64,000 nucleotides of DNA, taken from an uncultured delta proteobacterium (GTDB taxonomy: Bacteria; Desulfobacterota; Binatia; UBA9968). Below are positions 31,512-42,515 of the stretch, piece by piece. Numbering within the stretch: the stretch's first letter is position 1; every line of letters begins with the position of its first letter. Under the pieces are notes generated by a model, which was not told where the DNA came from, searched no databases, and was given only the letters and a program-made list of their open reading frames with translations. The position numbers were made by a program, and so were the translations under genes. The DNA lies in assembly GCA_963745835.1 (NCBI GenBank), contig CAVUZH010000013.1, positions 288,001 to 352,000 of the forward strand, written 5' to 3'.

Positions 31512-31787
31512 ATGAAACGTTTCCTTAGCGTGTTAGTTGCTTCAATGTTTATAGCTTCGGCAGCTTATGCCCAGACCGGGAAGAGTGAAGAAAAGAAGAG
31601 TTCCGGTAGAATGCAATCCGAGTCGGTAAAGACCGATGGTAAAGAAAAGTCTGACTCGGTAAAGACGGAAGGAAAAGCAAAGGCAAATCGAAAGCCGAAT
31701 CCAAAGGCGAAACCGAGCACTAAATCGACCGATGGCAAAGCTACAAGTGAGACCAAGCCCGCCAGCAAATCCAAAGCCGCCAAGTAA
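31512..31787 (+). CDS. Small secreted Lys/Ser-rich low-complexity protein
   Basis: GGAGG RBS, signal peptide ending AYA, internal repeat SVKTDGK/SVKTEGK; 9-bp hairpin at 31804-31829. Confidence 0.75.
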   Translation: MKRFLSVLVASMFIASAAYAQTGKSEEKKSSGRMQSESVKTDGKEKSDSVKTEGKAKANRKPNPKAKPSTKSTDGKATSETKPASKSKAAK

Positions 31788-32149
31788 GCTTTGATTCAGT
31801 TCAAGCCAGGTGTCCCTCCGCACCTGGCTGCCACTCGCCGCCGCAGTTCCACAAGCTAAATAGAATAAGCGATAGAATGAACACTCGCCAAGCTGCGATT
31901 TCAGAAAGCGATGAGAATTCTGCTAAAGAGTCACTTCCGAAGTATGGCATCGCGGCTCAGTCAAGCCACCACCGCTAAAAACATGGGGAATGACGGAGAA
32001 GATCCACCATCAGGCCGCAAGCCGAGATCCGCGCGATTATTGTTTGATTTAGCGGCGCTAGCAGGTTGGCTGTTGCTTGCAATTTCCCCACTGTGCCAAT
32101 AAGAATAAGTGATTGGTTTATTTGCGTCAGTGAAAGTAGGATCTTCTCT

Positions 32150-32879
32150 ATGTCCCGAGACCAACACCCGGAAGCGGTTATCGTTCACAGCTCTGACTTG
32201 CATCTCGGCACCGACGACAGCTTCAGCGAGCGCGATTCTTTAGCGGTTCTTCCCAAAGTTCTCAGCGCGGCCATCGAAGCTCGCGCCGACATCGTCGTCC
32301 TCGCTGGAGATACTTTTGACAATCACCGCCAGCCTGGCGACCTTCTTGAACGCGCGGCGCAAATTTTGCGCGATTACGGCGATCCCATCGTTATTTTACC
32401 CGGCAATCACGACCCACTGACACCGGATTCGGTCTACCGCCGTGGCGGGCTTGCGCAGATTCCCAACGTTCACATAATCGGTCTCAACGTTGATCAATCC
32501 GTGATGTTCCCCGAATTCGAACTTGAAATCTGGGGCCGAGCGCACCTCGACTACACCGATATGTCGCCGCTTGCCGACCCGCGGCCGCGCTCGACCCGCT
32601 GGCAACTTGCCGCTGCGCATGGGCATTATGTCGACGAACAGAGAGATCCGAATCGGCTGATCGGCTCATGGCTGATTCACCGTGAAGAATTGCTCGCCAC
32701 CGGCGCCGATTACGTGGCGCTGGGCCACTGGAATCAGGCAACTCCCGTCGGCAGCGGCGAGATTACCGCCTACTATTCCGGTTCGCCTGAGTACGCCGGC
32801 ACTGTGAATGTCATCCGGCTCACAGTCCAGGGGCGCCGTCGAAGTTAGCCAGGCGCCGCTGAACGGAATTCTCCGCTAG
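32150..32879 (+). CDS. Metallophosphoesterase (SbcD/Mre11-like), probable extra G at 32830-32833
   Basis: HSSDLHLG, LAGDTFD, LPGNHD, AHGH, DYVALGHW, YSGSPE. Confidence 0.85.
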
Positions 32880-32893
32880 CAAATCACGGATTC

Positions 32894-33856
32894 TTAGGAC
32901 AGTTCATTGACCGGATTCTTCGGTCGTTTCCCCTCCAGAACTCGAATCACCTCTTGCGCCGCGCCCCATTCGCCGCGCGCCGACGCTTCCATCGTCACGG
33001 CGCCCAGGTGCGGCGTCCATAGGACATTGGCGAGGTTGAACAGCGGATGATTGTTAGGGGGCGGCTCGCTTTCGATGACGTCCAATGCCGCGCCGGCAAT
33101 TTTGTTCTCTCGTAAAGCTTCGAGCAAAGCTTGCTCATCGATGATACCGCCGCGCGCCGCATTGATCAGATAGGCGGAAGGTTTCATCAATGCCAGCTCC
33201 CTCGCCGCAATCATCCTCTCCGTTTCATCATTCAGCGGACAATGGATAGTCACGAAATCCGATTCCGCAAGCAATTCATCCAAGCTAAGCCACCGGCCGC
33301 CGAGCGCCGTGACATGGGATTCGGGAATATAGGGATCATAGACAATGAAGGACATTTCGAAGGCCCGGGCGCGCAGCGCCACCCGCGCGCCGATGTTTCC
33401 CATGCCGATGATGCCCAACGTTTTTCCCGCCAATTCGGTGCCGAGGTATTTGAGGTAATCGCCCCAGCGATTTTCTTTCACGGCGCGATTGGCCTCGTGC
33501 GTGTGGCGCACCAGGGCAATCATTTGGCCGAACACCAACTCGGCGACCGACACGGCATTGCTGCCGGGCATATTGGTGACCCAAATCTTGCATTGTCTCG
33601 CCGCAGACAAATCGACCCGCGACGGATCGACACCGACGCCGGTGCGCGCGATGATCTTTAACCGCCCGCGGCTCTCTTCCATGTGATCGCGTGTGATTTT
33701 TCCCTTGCGGCTTATTACCGCATCCGCGCGTGGCGCCTCCTGGTCCCATCGCTCCGGCGCTATCCAGGGATTGACCACCACGACTTCCGCACGCTGCCGC
33801 AACCACTCGAGCACATCGCTTTGAAATTCTTCGACCAACACTCGTCCGAGAAACAT
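32894..33856 (-). CDS. D-2-hydroxyacid dehydrogenase (SerA-like, no ACT domain)
   Basis: GIIGMGNIG, LINAARGGIIDE, AALDV, TPHLGA. Confidence 0.92.
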   Translation of the reverse strand: MFLGRVLVEEFQSDVLEWLRQRAEVVVVNPWIAPERWDQEAPRADAVISRKGKITRDHMEESRGRLKIIARTGVGVDPSRVDLSAARQCKIWVTNMPGSNAVSVAELVFGQMIALVRHTHEANRAVKENRWGDYLKYLGTELAGKTLGIIGMGNIGARVALRARAFEMSFIVYDPYIPESHVTALGGRWLSLDELLAESDFVTIHCPLNDETERMIAARELALMKPSAYLINAARGGIIDEQALLEALRENKIAGAALDVIESEPPPNNHPLFNLANVLWTPHLGAVTMEASARGEWGAAQEVIRVLEGKRPKNPVNELS

Positions 33857-34021
33857 TTATTGCCTCCTGTTTCCGTTACATGGTAGGGATAGCCATGTTG
33901 ACAGCTTTGACTGTAATTTGTCTCGCGCGCCACGGACCTCGATTAGTTATATGGCGCAAATGATTTTTTCGGAATACGCGGAGATCTATTGGATCCTCGG
34001 GAGGCGGGCATAAAACGATGG

Positions 34022-35020
34022 ATGCTGTTTAGAACACTTCTCTGGCTTTTGCCCTTATTGATCACGGCATTATTGCCGCCGGCATCGTCGGCGCAAGAGA
34101 AAAAATCCCTGCGCATCGTCTTCGTCAGCCTCTCATGGAACAACCAACTGCCCTTTCGCATCGCCATCGCCAAAGGCTTTTTCAAAGATCAAGGCCTCGC
34201 CGTGGAGCAGATCTTCGTGCGTGGCGGCCCTACGGCGATCGCGGCGCTGGTTTCGGGAAATGTAGACTTTGCCAGCATCGGCGGCGCCCAAGCGCCGATC
34301 CGCAGCAATGCTCGCGGTCTCGATCTACAGATCATCGCCTCGCTATCCAATTACACGAACTACGCGCTTCTCGGCAGCAAGGAAGCTAAAAGCGTCGAGG
34401 AATTGCGCGGCAAGATCATCGGTGTCACCGGAGCCGGCGCGTTCTCCGACTTCGCCATCAGGATTTTTCTCAAGAGAAACAACCTCGATCCCGACAAGGA
34501 CGTCACCCTGCGGGCGATCGGCGGAACCGCATTGCGGGCCATCGCGCTCGAACGAGGCATCATCGCCGCCGCGCCGTTTACCGCCGAGGATACGATCCGA
34601 TTGCTGGACAAAGGTTTTCCAATGATCGTGAATATGAACGAGGCGCTGCGAATCCCGCAGAGCATCTTCGTCACCCGGGGTGAGATGCTGCAAAAAAATC
34701 CGGAGACTACCAAGCGCTTTCTGAAAGCCGTAATCCTGGGAATGCAATTTGCTAAACAGCACAAAAAAGAAGCGCTCCAGACCGGCTTTGCCGCCGGACT
34801 CACAGGAGATCCGGATGTCGCCAGCCGTTCCTACGATCTCTTCAGTCCGGGCTACGCCGCCGACCTGGCGGTCGCCCAAGACGGCATCCAGATCATGCTG
34901 GACGAAGACATCCGCGCCGGATTGGTCGATAAGAAATTCACTCTCGACCGCGTCATCAACGACCGCATCCTCAAACAAGCGCAACAGGAGTTGCGAAACG
35001 AAGGGCGTTTGAAACCGTGA
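34022..35020 (+). CDS. ABC substrate-binding protein (SsuA/NMT1-like), orphan
   Basis: Signal peptide, KGFFKDQGL, LRGKIIGVTGAG. Confidence 0.88.
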   Translation: MLFRTLLWLLPLLITALLPPASSAQEKKSLRIVFVSLSWNNQLPFRIAIAKGFFKDQGLAVEQIFVRGGPTAIAALVSGNVDFASIGGAQAPIRSNARGLDLQIIASLSNYTNYALLGSKEAKSVEELRGKIIGVTGAGAFSDFAIRIFLKRNNLDPDKDVTLRAIGGTALRAIALERGIIAAAPFTAEDTIRLLDKGFPMIVNMNEALRIPQSIFVTRGEMLQKNPETTKRFLKAVILGMQFAKQHKKEALQTGFAAGLTGDPDVASRSYDLFSPGYAADLAVAQDGIQIMLDEDIRAGLVDKKFTLDRVINDRILKQAQQELRNEGRLKP

Positions 35021-35464
35021 GGTAGATCGAACGTAGCTCAGTAAATAGTTTCACATCCTACCCGATAGTCGTTTAGCTCTGTCGCCGCCAATCACAGCTA
35101 GAAAACGCCTCAGCTAGTGAGTTAAAATACCCGCTTTTATATACTCTCGACTGGTCGTCTTTCGAAAGTCTCCTTAACATTCGTGCCAACTAGGAATTTT
35201 TCCCTCACGATGCTGGCAAATGAGTAAGATTGAATGGTAACTTCTCACCTGAGAATTGGCACGATATGCGAGAAGAAGCAGCTTCGAGTCTAGATCGGGT
35301 TAGCTCCGCTTTTCTAGCTATCGCTCGTATTTAAACCCAAGGCAGAACCTGCTCGGCCAATTCGATTTCCGATTAGCTGTTGGCTCAATAAACTCCGCCA
35401 CCTTCTAATCCGACGTTCTCGTGCTGAGCAGATCCCAGTTGGTTTCAATTGCAAGCGAAACAAC

Positions 35465-36019
35465 ATGAAGCAAACAGAGTCACGCAAGCCGCGCGTCAGT
35501 CAACTCGAGCTGTTCCTGGCTTTTTCTCGAATCAGCCTGTCGAGCTTCGGCGGCGCGATTTTCTGGGCAAGACGCGAGCTGGTCGACCGGCGGCGCTGGC
35601 TCACGGATCGGGAGTTTGTCGACGTCTTCACGCTCGGACAGCTTCTGCCGGGACCTAATGTGCTCAATCTGACGGTGATAGTTGGTCATCGTTTCGCCGG
35701 CTGGACCGGCGCCGCTGCGGGCATCGCCGGGTTCTTGGGTTGGCCTTGCCTCATGGTGGTCGGCATGGGCGTGCTGTACCAGCATTACGGAGCTCTGCCG
35801 TATGTGCAGCAGGCACTCACGGGTATGTCAAGCGTAGCGGCAGGGTTGCTGCTCGCGACCGTGATCAAGTTGGCGGCGGTGTTGCCTCGAAATTGGCGGC
35901 CCTGGCTGTTCGGCATACTCGCGTTCGTCGCGGTCGGCATCATGCGCTGGCCGCTCCTATGGGTCATGGGTGCTCTCGCGCCATGGGCTGTGTTGGCGGC
36001 CTGGAAAGAGCCCGAGTGA
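35465..36019 (+). CDS. chrA: Short-chain chromate transporter subunit 1
   Basis: SFGG, WLTDREF, GQLLPGPN. Confidence 0.9.
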   Translation: MKQTESRKPRVSQLELFLAFSRISLSSFGGAIFWARRELVDRRRWLTDREFVDVFTLGQLLPGPNVLNLTVIVGHRFAGWTGAAAGIAGFLGWPCLMVVGMGVLYQHYGALPYVQQALTGMSSVAAGLLLATVIKLAAVLPRNWRPWLFGILAFVAVGIMRWPLLWVMGALAPWAVLAAWKEPE

Positions 36020-36546
36020 TGGATCGGCTTGATCTGGGCGGTCTGTTTGTTCATTTTCTCATCCTCTGGTTCATCGCCATCGGCGGTCCGTCGACGATTC
36101 TGCCGGACATTCACCGCTACCTGGTCGAAGTGCACCACCTGCTGACCAACGCGGAGTTTGTCGAGATTTACACGTTGGCGCAGGTCGCACCCGGCCCTAA
36201 CGCCATGTACGTTACTCTGATCGGCTGGCACTTGGCGGGCTGGAAAGGCGTAGCCGCGACGACAATCCCGCTACTCGTGCCAGCTACCACTCTCACATTG
36301 TTAGTCGGCCACTTAAACGAGCGCTATCCCAATGCCCGGGGTGCTCGCGCCATTCGCCGAGGTTTGATGCCGATTACAATTGGGCTTGTCTTCGCGAGCG
36401 CGACGATATTGATGCGCGCAGTGAACCACGATTGGCGCGGCTACTTGATCACGATCCTCACCGTCGCCGTCGTCCTGCGCAAGCCATGGAACCCCCTTTG
36501 GCTTTTCGCCGCCGGCGCACTGGCGGGCATGGTCGGATTTGTCTGA
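36019..36546 (+). CDS. chrA: Short-chain chromate transporter subunit 2
   Basis: TGATG overlap with the upstream gene; AIGGP, LAQVAPGPN. Confidence 0.9.
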   Translation: MDRLDLGGLFVHFLILWFIAIGGPSTILPDIHRYLVEVHHLLTNAEFVEIYTLAQVAPGPNAMYVTLIGWHLAGWKGVAATTIPLLVPATTLTLLVGHLNERYPNARGARAIRRGLMPITIGLVFASATILMRAVNHDWRGYLITILTVAVVLRKPWNPLWLFAAGALAGMVGFV

Positions 36547-36845
36547 TGCGCCGCCCGCGGATTGCTTTCAACATACTGTCAAAGCCCTTTGACGACGCTG
36601 AGGCCGAACGGATATGTACACGAAAAGCACGATCCTGAACCGTTTCGTGCTGAGCACATTACGAGAGTTTTCATACAGTCAGTCGCTGTGGAGGGAACGC
36701 GGCTGGATCGCTGTGTCATTGTGAACTGCAGAAACCTGCTTCAAGCCGCATTATTGACTCGTTGTCCGAATATCGACTACTCTCCGCAACAGCAGACTGA
36801 GGTTGCGCGATTCCGGCTCGTATTCAAGCAAGTAACAGATAGATT

Positions 36846-39224
36846 TTGGAAACATCATCTCGATTCATCGGCCGTAGCATCAAGCCAGATAAATCCAATC
36901 GCTTCATCACTGGAGACGGCATGTACGTTGGCGATGTTCGACTGCCGAACATGCTTCATGCTGCTTTGGTGCGGAGCGTTCACGCGCACGCGCGTATCCG
37001 CGAGGTCGATGTCCAGGAAGCTCGTGGTCTGGACGGAGTCGTTGGCGTGTGGACCGAACGGGAGATCAAGGGTCGAATATCCCCGTTTCCGGAAAGCTTC
37101 GAGATCCACCCGGCGCGCTGGCTGGAAGGCGTAAAGCCGGTGCTGCAGGGTCCGCGGCCGACCGCTTTGGCACAAGGGAAGGTTCATTATGTCGGCGAGC
37201 CGGTGGCCATCGTTGTTGCCGAGGATCGCGCCAGAGCGGAAGATGCCGTCGATGCCGTTGCAATTGACTATGAAGAGTTGCCGGTCGTCGCCGACCCCGA
37301 GGAGTCACTCCGGCCGGGCGCACCCCTGGTCCACGAAGGATCGACGAGTAACGTTGTCTTCGGCTTCTCGATCGCTAAGGGCAATGTTGACCAGGCGTTG
37401 GGCGCTGCTCCCTATCGATTAAGCGAGCGATTCCGTCATCACCGCTATTGCGCCGCGCCTCTGGAATGCCGCGGCGTACTCGCCTGGGTCGAGCCCAAAA
37501 CAAACATCCTCACGGTCTGGTCCTCGACGCAGATGCCTCATCTGGTACGGCGGCAGATCGCCGCACAACTCGGTCTTTCCGAAGAGGGGGTGCGGGTGAT
37601 CGCGCCGGATATCGGCGGCGGATTCGGCCCCAAGGTATTCGCTTATCCGGAGGAAATGCTTGTCCCGTTCCTGGCGCTTGAACTCGGCCGTCCGGTGAAA
37701 TGGATCGAGGATCGCTCGGAACATTTCATCAGCACGGCGCACGGCCGTGACCAGCTCCACGATGTCGAGATGGCATTCGACGAGACCGGCCGGATCCTGG
37801 CGCTTCGCGACCGGTTCCTGCTCGACAACGGCGCCTACAATCCGATGGGATTGACGGACGCATACAACACCGCCGCTCATATTCAGGGTCCCTACAAAAT
37901 ACCCAACTTGTCGGTCACCGGCACCTGCGTTTCAACCAACAAAGTGCCCAATGCGCCCTACCGAGGCGCTGGACGGCCTGAAGCCGTATTCGTGATGGAG
38001 CGCTCGATCGACATTATTGCGGCGCGCCTGGGACTCGATACTGCCACGGTGCGCCAGCGCAATCTTGTTCAACCCGAGGAGATGCCCTACGACGCCGGAA
38101 TCTTATACCGCGACGGCGAACCGATCTGTTACGACAGCGGGAACTTTCCTGAGACACTGAAGCGCGCCCTGGAGGCGGCAGATTACGACGAGCTGCGCAA
38201 GCGACAACGGGAAGCGCGCAAACACGGCCGCTATCTTGGCATCGGCATCGGCTGTTACGTCGAGGGCACCGGTGTCGGTTCTTTCGAGGGCGCCAAAGTG
38301 CGCATTGACTCATCCGGGCAACTGATCATCGCCACCGGCGCCACCGGGCACGGCCAAGGTCACGAAACAGTTTATGCGCAAATCGCCGCTGATCTCTGGG
38401 GAGTGAGTCTCGACAAGGTCAGCCTCATTGAAGGCGATACCGCGTCGATACCATTCGGCTGTGGCACCTTTGGCAGCCGCAGCACCGTCAATGTCGGATC
38501 CGCTATTCATGGCGCCTCCATGCGCCTTAAGGAAAAAGTGCGGCGGCTAGCCGCGCACATCCTGGAAGCCAACCCGGATGATTTGGAACTAGACCGAGGA
38601 AAAGTTTTCATCCGGGGAATGCCGCAGCGCTCGATTTCATTTGCCGAGCTGGCGCGCGCGGCCGTGCCAGGATGGGCCTCGAAACTGCCGGAGGAGATGG
38701 AACCCGGTCTGGAGGCGATCTTTTATTTTGTGCCGCCCACGGTTACATGGGCCAATGCCACCCACGTTGCGGTGATTGAAGTCGATGTACAGACGGGTGC
38801 CATTAAGCTCCTCGACTATACCGTCGCTCATGACGCTGGCAGGTTGATCAATCCGTTATTAGTCGACGGGCAAATCCATGGCGGCGTAGCGCAGGGAATC
38901 GGCGCCGCGCTCTATGAAGAAATCGTTTACGATCCGAATTGCCAAATGCTGAGCGGCAGTTTCGTCAACTATCTTTTGCCCGGGTCCATGGAGGTGCCGT
39001 CTATCAAAACGGTTCACCTGCAATCGCCTTCACCGCTAAACCCTTTGGGAGTCAAAGGATTGGGTGAGGGCGGTGCGATCGCCCCGCCGGCGGCGATTGC
39101 CAACGCCTTAGCTGACGCGCTCCTTCCACTGGCGGCCCGGGTGAACGAAATCCCCTTAACGCCGGAGCGGGTGATGGAGATTCTCGCGCGCAAAGAGGTC
39201 AACGTTGAAGCCGGCGCCGTTTGA
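36846..39224 (+). CDS. Xanthine dehydrogenase/CoxL-like molybdopterin large subunit (not form I CODH)
   Basis: GGGFGPK, APYRGAGRPEA, HGQGHET, GQIHGGVAQG, KGLGEGG. Confidence 0.92.
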   Translation: METSSRFIGRSIKPDKSNRFITGDGMYVGDVRLPNMLHAALVRSVHAHARIREVDVQEARGLDGVVGVWTEREIKGRISPFPESFEIHPARWLEGVKPVLQGPRPTALAQGKVHYVGEPVAIVVAEDRARAEDAVDAVAIDYEELPVVADPEESLRPGAPLVHEGSTSNVVFGFSIAKGNVDQALGAAPYRLSERFRHHRYCAAPLECRGVLAWVEPKTNILTVWSSTQMPHLVRRQIAAQLGLSEEGVRVIAPDIGGGFGPKVFAYPEEMLVPFLALELGRPVKWIEDRSEHFISTAHGRDQLHDVEMAFDETGRILALRDRFLLDNGAYNPMGLTDAYNTAAHIQGPYKIPNLSVTGTCVSTNKVPNAPYRGAGRPEAVFVMERSIDIIAARLGLDTATVRQRNLVQPEEMPYDAGILYRDGEPICYDSGNFPETLKRALEAADYDELRKRQREARKHGRYLGIGIGCYVEGTGVGSFEGAKVRIDSSGQLIIATGATGHGQGHETVYAQIAADLWGVSLDKVSLIEGDTASIPFGCGTFGSRSTVNVGSAIHGASMRLKEKVRRLAAHILEANPDDLELDRGKVFIRGMPQRSISFAELARAAVPGWASKLPEEMEPGLEAIFYFVPPTVTWANATHVAVIEVDVQTGAIKLLDYTVAHDAGRLINPLLVDGQIHGGVAQGIGAALYEEIVYDPNCQMLSGSFVNYLLPGSMEVPSIKTVHLQSPSPLNPLGVKGLGEGGAIAPPAAIANALADALLPLAARVNEIPLTPERVMEILARKEVNVEAGAV

Positions 39225-40086
39225 GTACGTGGCCCCTGAAAGCGTCGAGGAAGCTTTGGCTGCTTTGCAGCAAAACAATCCTGACGGGAAAATTCTCGCC
39301 GGAGGTCAGAGTCTGTTGCCGCTGCTGAATTTGCGCTTGACCAAACCGAAACTCCTCGTTGATCTGAACGGCATCTCCGGCCTTGACGGCATTCGTGAAA
39401 CGCCGGAAGGTTTAGCGATTGGTGCGATGACGCGGCAGAGCAAGCTTGAGCACTCGCTGCTAGTGCGCCAGAGGTGCCCGTTACTTGCCGAGGCGATCCG
39501 ATACATAGGTCACGTGGCCATTCGCCACCGCGGCACGATCGGTGGAAGCCTTGCTCACGCCGATCCCGCCGCCGAGCTTCCCGCGCTAGCTCTAGCCCTC
39601 GATGCGAAGTTCGCGATCGCCGGCAGAGGAGCCGATCGCGTCATTTCCGCCGAGGAATTTTTTCTCGATTTCCTGACTACCGCTCTGGCTCCGGATGAAA
39701 TTCTTCGGCAAATCGTTTTTCCGATCATTCGACCTTCTTCCGGTTACGCGCTAGAAGAAATCGCCCGGCGTCATGGTGACTTTGCAATAGCCGGCGTTGT
39801 CGTGATCGTCGATCTTGATGACGCCGGCAAGATTGCCGAAGCGCGTGTCGCGCTTTTCGGATTAGCGCCAACGCCGGTGCGGGCGCGCCAAGCGGAGCGC
39901 GCCTTGGTCGGACGAGAACTCGATGACAGAGCGATGCTCGATGCAGCTGTGCTTCTCGAAGAGGTCCTGGAGCCGCCCGGGGATATTCGCGCATCGAGCG
40001 CCTATCGCAAGCATGCCGCCGCAGTGCTGTTGAGCAGGGCGCTCAAGAGAGCGGTGCAAGTCTGTCACACGAGACGCATACCATGA
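39205..40086 (+). CDS. FAD-binding medium subunit (CoxM-like)
   Basis: KPAPFEY, LAGGQSL, RGTIGGSLAHADPAAE, RRHGDFA. Confidence 0.93.
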   Translation: MKPAPFEYVAPESVEEALAALQQNNPDGKILAGGQSLLPLLNLRLTKPKLLVDLNGISGLDGIRETPEGLAIGAMTRQSKLEHSLLVRQRCPLLAEAIRYIGHVAIRHRGTIGGSLAHADPAAELPALALALDAKFAIAGRGADRVISAEEFFLDFLTTALAPDEILRQIVFPIIRPSSGYALEEIARRHGDFAIAGVVVIVDLDDAGKIAEARVALFGLAPTPVRARQAERALVGRELDDRAMLDAAVLLEEVLEPPGDIRASSAYRKHAAAVLLSRALKRAVQVCHTRRIP

Positions 40087-40583
40087 CAGCGAAATATCCC
40101 ATCGCGATCACCGTCAACGAAAAACGCTACGAGGCGCCCGCCGAGCCCCGGATGTCGCTCGCTGATTTCCTGCGCGATCAGCTCGGGCTCACCGGGACTC
40201 ATCTGGGCTGCGAACAAGGAATATGCGGCAGCTGTACGGTTCTTTTCAATGGCGAGACGGTTCGTTCCTGCCTGCTTCTCGCCGTGCAGGCAAACGGCGG
40301 AGTAATCCTTACCATCGAGGGATTGGCTGCACGGGCGGAGGCCGGTCAACCGCTCCATGCAATCCAACAAGGATTTCTTGAGACCGGCGGCTTCCAGTGC
40401 GGCTTTTGCACCCCGGGCTTTCTTATGACCGCCTATGAGTTGCTTAACGAAAACTTGTCTCCTTCGGAAGATGAAATACGCGAGCGCTTGAGCGGCAACT
40501 TGTGCCGCTGCACAGGTTATCAAAATATTGTTGCCGCCATCCTATGGGCGGCGGAGCGCCTTCGGCGCCAGGCGAGCCGGTGA
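40083..40583 (+). CDS. [2Fe-2S] small subunit (CoxS-like)
   Basis: GCEQGICGSC, QCGFCTPG, NLCRCTGY. Confidence 0.95.
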   Translation: MTAKYPIAITVNEKRYEAPAEPRMSLADFLRDQLGLTGTHLGCEQGICGSCTVLFNGETVRSCLLLAVQANGGVILTIEGLAARAEAGQPLHAIQQGFLETGGFQCGFCTPGFLMTAYELLNENLSPSEDEIRERLSGNLCRCTGYQNIVAAILWAAERLRRQASR

Positions 40584-41365
40584 TGGCGACCATTTTGCGT
40601 CTCAGGGATCTCGGGAAGATCTGGCACATCGAGCGAACCAAAGAGCAGGTGGTGGCGCTCGGAGGCATCAGTCTGGATGTCGAGCAAGGCGAGTTTCTTA
40701 TTTTTATTGGGCCATCGGGCTGTGGAAAGTCGACCCTGCTTCAGATCATTGCCGGATTGGAGGAACCTGCCAGCGGCACTGTCGAAGTCAGCAAATCTGC
40801 CGATGGTCAGAAACAAACCGGAATGGTGTTTCAGGAATACGCGCTTTTCCCCTGGCGCACGGTCCTGGAGAATATCGTGTTCGGTCCCGAAGTGAGAAGC
40901 GTGGCGAGACACCAGCGAGAAGCCAATGCGCAGAAACTGATCGAGCTAGTTCATCTCAGGAGCTTTGAACATCGTTATCCGCACGAGCTGTCGGGCGGCA
41001 TGCGCCAGCGCGTAGCGCTGGCGCGCGCTCTCGCCAATGACCCGGCCATTTTGCTGTTTGACGAACCGCTCGCTTCTTTGGATGCCCAGACGCGCAAGGT
41101 TTTGCAAGTAGAGCTCGTGCGCATTTGGCAGGAGACCAAACGGACCTTCATCTATGTCACCCACGCGCTGGAGGAGGCTGTGCTGCTCGGCGACCGCGTG
41201 GTTCTTTTTACCGCTCGACCTGGCCGCATAAAGGAAATTGTGCCGGTGCGGCTGCCGCGGCCGCGAAGCATTACCGGGGCGCGCGAGGTCGAGCTGCTCG
41301 AATATCTTTCGGAGCAAATCCGTGAAGAGGTGGAGCAGGCGCTCAAGGCAGAAGGTCTCACATAA
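40583..41365 (+). CDS. ABC ATP-binding protein (TauB/SsuB-like)
   Basis: GPSGCGKS, YPHELSGGMRQR. Confidence 0.93.
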   Translation: MATILRLRDLGKIWHIERTKEQVVALGGISLDVEQGEFLIFIGPSGCGKSTLLQIIAGLEEPASGTVEVSKSADGQKQTGMVFQEYALFPWRTVLENIVFGPEVRSVARHQREANAQKLIELVHLRSFEHRYPHELSGGMRQRVALARALANDPAILLFDEPLASLDAQTRKVLQVELVRIWQETKRTFIYVTHALEEAVLLGDRVVLFTARPGRIKEIVPVRLPRPRSITGAREVELLEYLSEQIREEVEQALKAEGLT

Positions 41366-41369
41366 TGGA

Positions 41370-41506
41370 AATTGGAGTATTGGAGTAATGCAGCACTGGG
41401 TAAAATCAATACTCCGCTATCCCGCATTTCAACCAGAGATCGGAATGATATCCAAGTAATGAACTATTGGAATTGAAATCCACCACTCCAATACTCCACA
41501 CTCCAA
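41370..41506. repeat. Palindromic short-unit intergenic repeat
   Basis: TTGGAGTATTGGAGT (41371-41385) is the inverted repeat of ACTCCAATACTCCA near 41485. Confidence 0.6.
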
Positions 41507-41531
41507 CCGTTAGTAGTTCTCGGGAGGTTTT

Positions 41532-42293
41532 ATGAAAGCTCTGTGGAGACGCTATCGGCCGCTACGGATCCTTTCCCCAATCGCTTTCCTACTGATCTGG
41601 GAAGGCGTCGTGCGGCTCGGCGGAGTCAATCAGCTCCTCGTGCCCGCGCCCGGCGCAGTTCTGCGCACCATGGTGGAATTGACGCTGAACGGGCAATTGC
41701 CGTGGGCCATCGCCGTGAGTCTGGTTCGCGTGTTGCAGGGGTTTATTTACGGTTCGATTCTGGGAATCGTATTGGGGTTGCTAGTGGGCTGGTTCCGCGC
41801 CGTCGAAGACGCCGTCGACCCGCTCGTGGGCGCGATCTATCCAATCCCAAAGTCGGCATTGTTTCCGCTGTTCATCCTGTGGTTCGGTCTCGGTGAAACC
41901 TCGAAGGTCATGACCATCATGATCGGTGTAGTTTTTCTGGTGCTTATCAATACTGTCACCGGAGTGAAAGCGATCGATCCGGTGCTCCTCAAGGCGGCGC
42001 GAGATCTCGGCGCAAACCAACGGCAGATTTTCATGAAAGTCGTTATTCCAGGGGCCTTGCCCAATATCTTTACCGGCCTCAGGCTTGGCGCGGGTACGGC
42101 GTTGATCCTGGTCTTCATCACCGAGATCGAGGCGACCAAAGCGGGCCTCGGGTTTCTACTCTGGGAATCGTACCAGTTGCTTCTCGTAAAGCAGGTATTC
42201 GGCTGCACCATCGCCTTCGGCATTCTCGGCATTCTGAGCAGCTGGACGTTGCAGTGGCTCGAGCGGATCATGTGCCCATGGAAGCGCTCCTAG
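41532..42293 (+). CDS. ABC permease (TauC/SsuC-like)
   Basis: YPIPKSALFPLFILWFGLGE, LLKAARDLGA. Confidence 0.93.
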   Translation: MKALWRRYRPLRILSPIAFLLIWEGVVRLGGVNQLLVPAPGAVLRTMVELTLNGQLPWAIAVSLVRVLQGFIYGSILGIVLGLLVGWFRAVEDAVDPLVGAIYPIPKSALFPLFILWFGLGETSKVMTIMIGVVFLVLINTVTGVKAIDPVLLKAARDLGANQRQIFMKVVIPGALPNIFTGLRLGAGTALILVFITEIEATKAGLGFLLWESYQLLLVKQVFGCTIAFGILGILSSWTLQWLERIMCPWKRS

Positions 42294-42420
42294 CGCGCCG
42301 GTGAAAAACGCCCATCTACTTCGTTGCGCTCGTTCGTCTCGCTTCAACGTACTGAAGCGTACGCCTCAGCTCATCAATCTTCGCGCGCCTCATAGCTGGA
42401 CCTTTTTGACCAGCGCGTTT
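42291..42420. mobile_element. MITE-like repeat, subfamily A
   Basis: Imperfect TIRs TAGCGCGCCGGTGAAAAA / TTTTTGACCAGCGCG; core nearly identical to 3941-4027. Confidence 0.7.
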
Positions 42421-42515
42421 TGGTCGATGCTCCGAGCAAAGATGAAAACGGAAAGCGGAAAAGAGAAATTCATCTTTCAGAATTCAGCTTTCATCCTTTC
42501 TTTCCTCGATTGCAT

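Noticed and set aside
35180-35270. Sigma54 promoters at the inverted TTGGCACG pair
   Set aside because: GG-N10-GC spacing is not met in either orientation.
36846-40583. Aerobic CO dehydrogenase (form I)
   Set aside because: Lacks AYxCSFR, the gene order is L-M-S, and no coxDEFG accessory genes are present.
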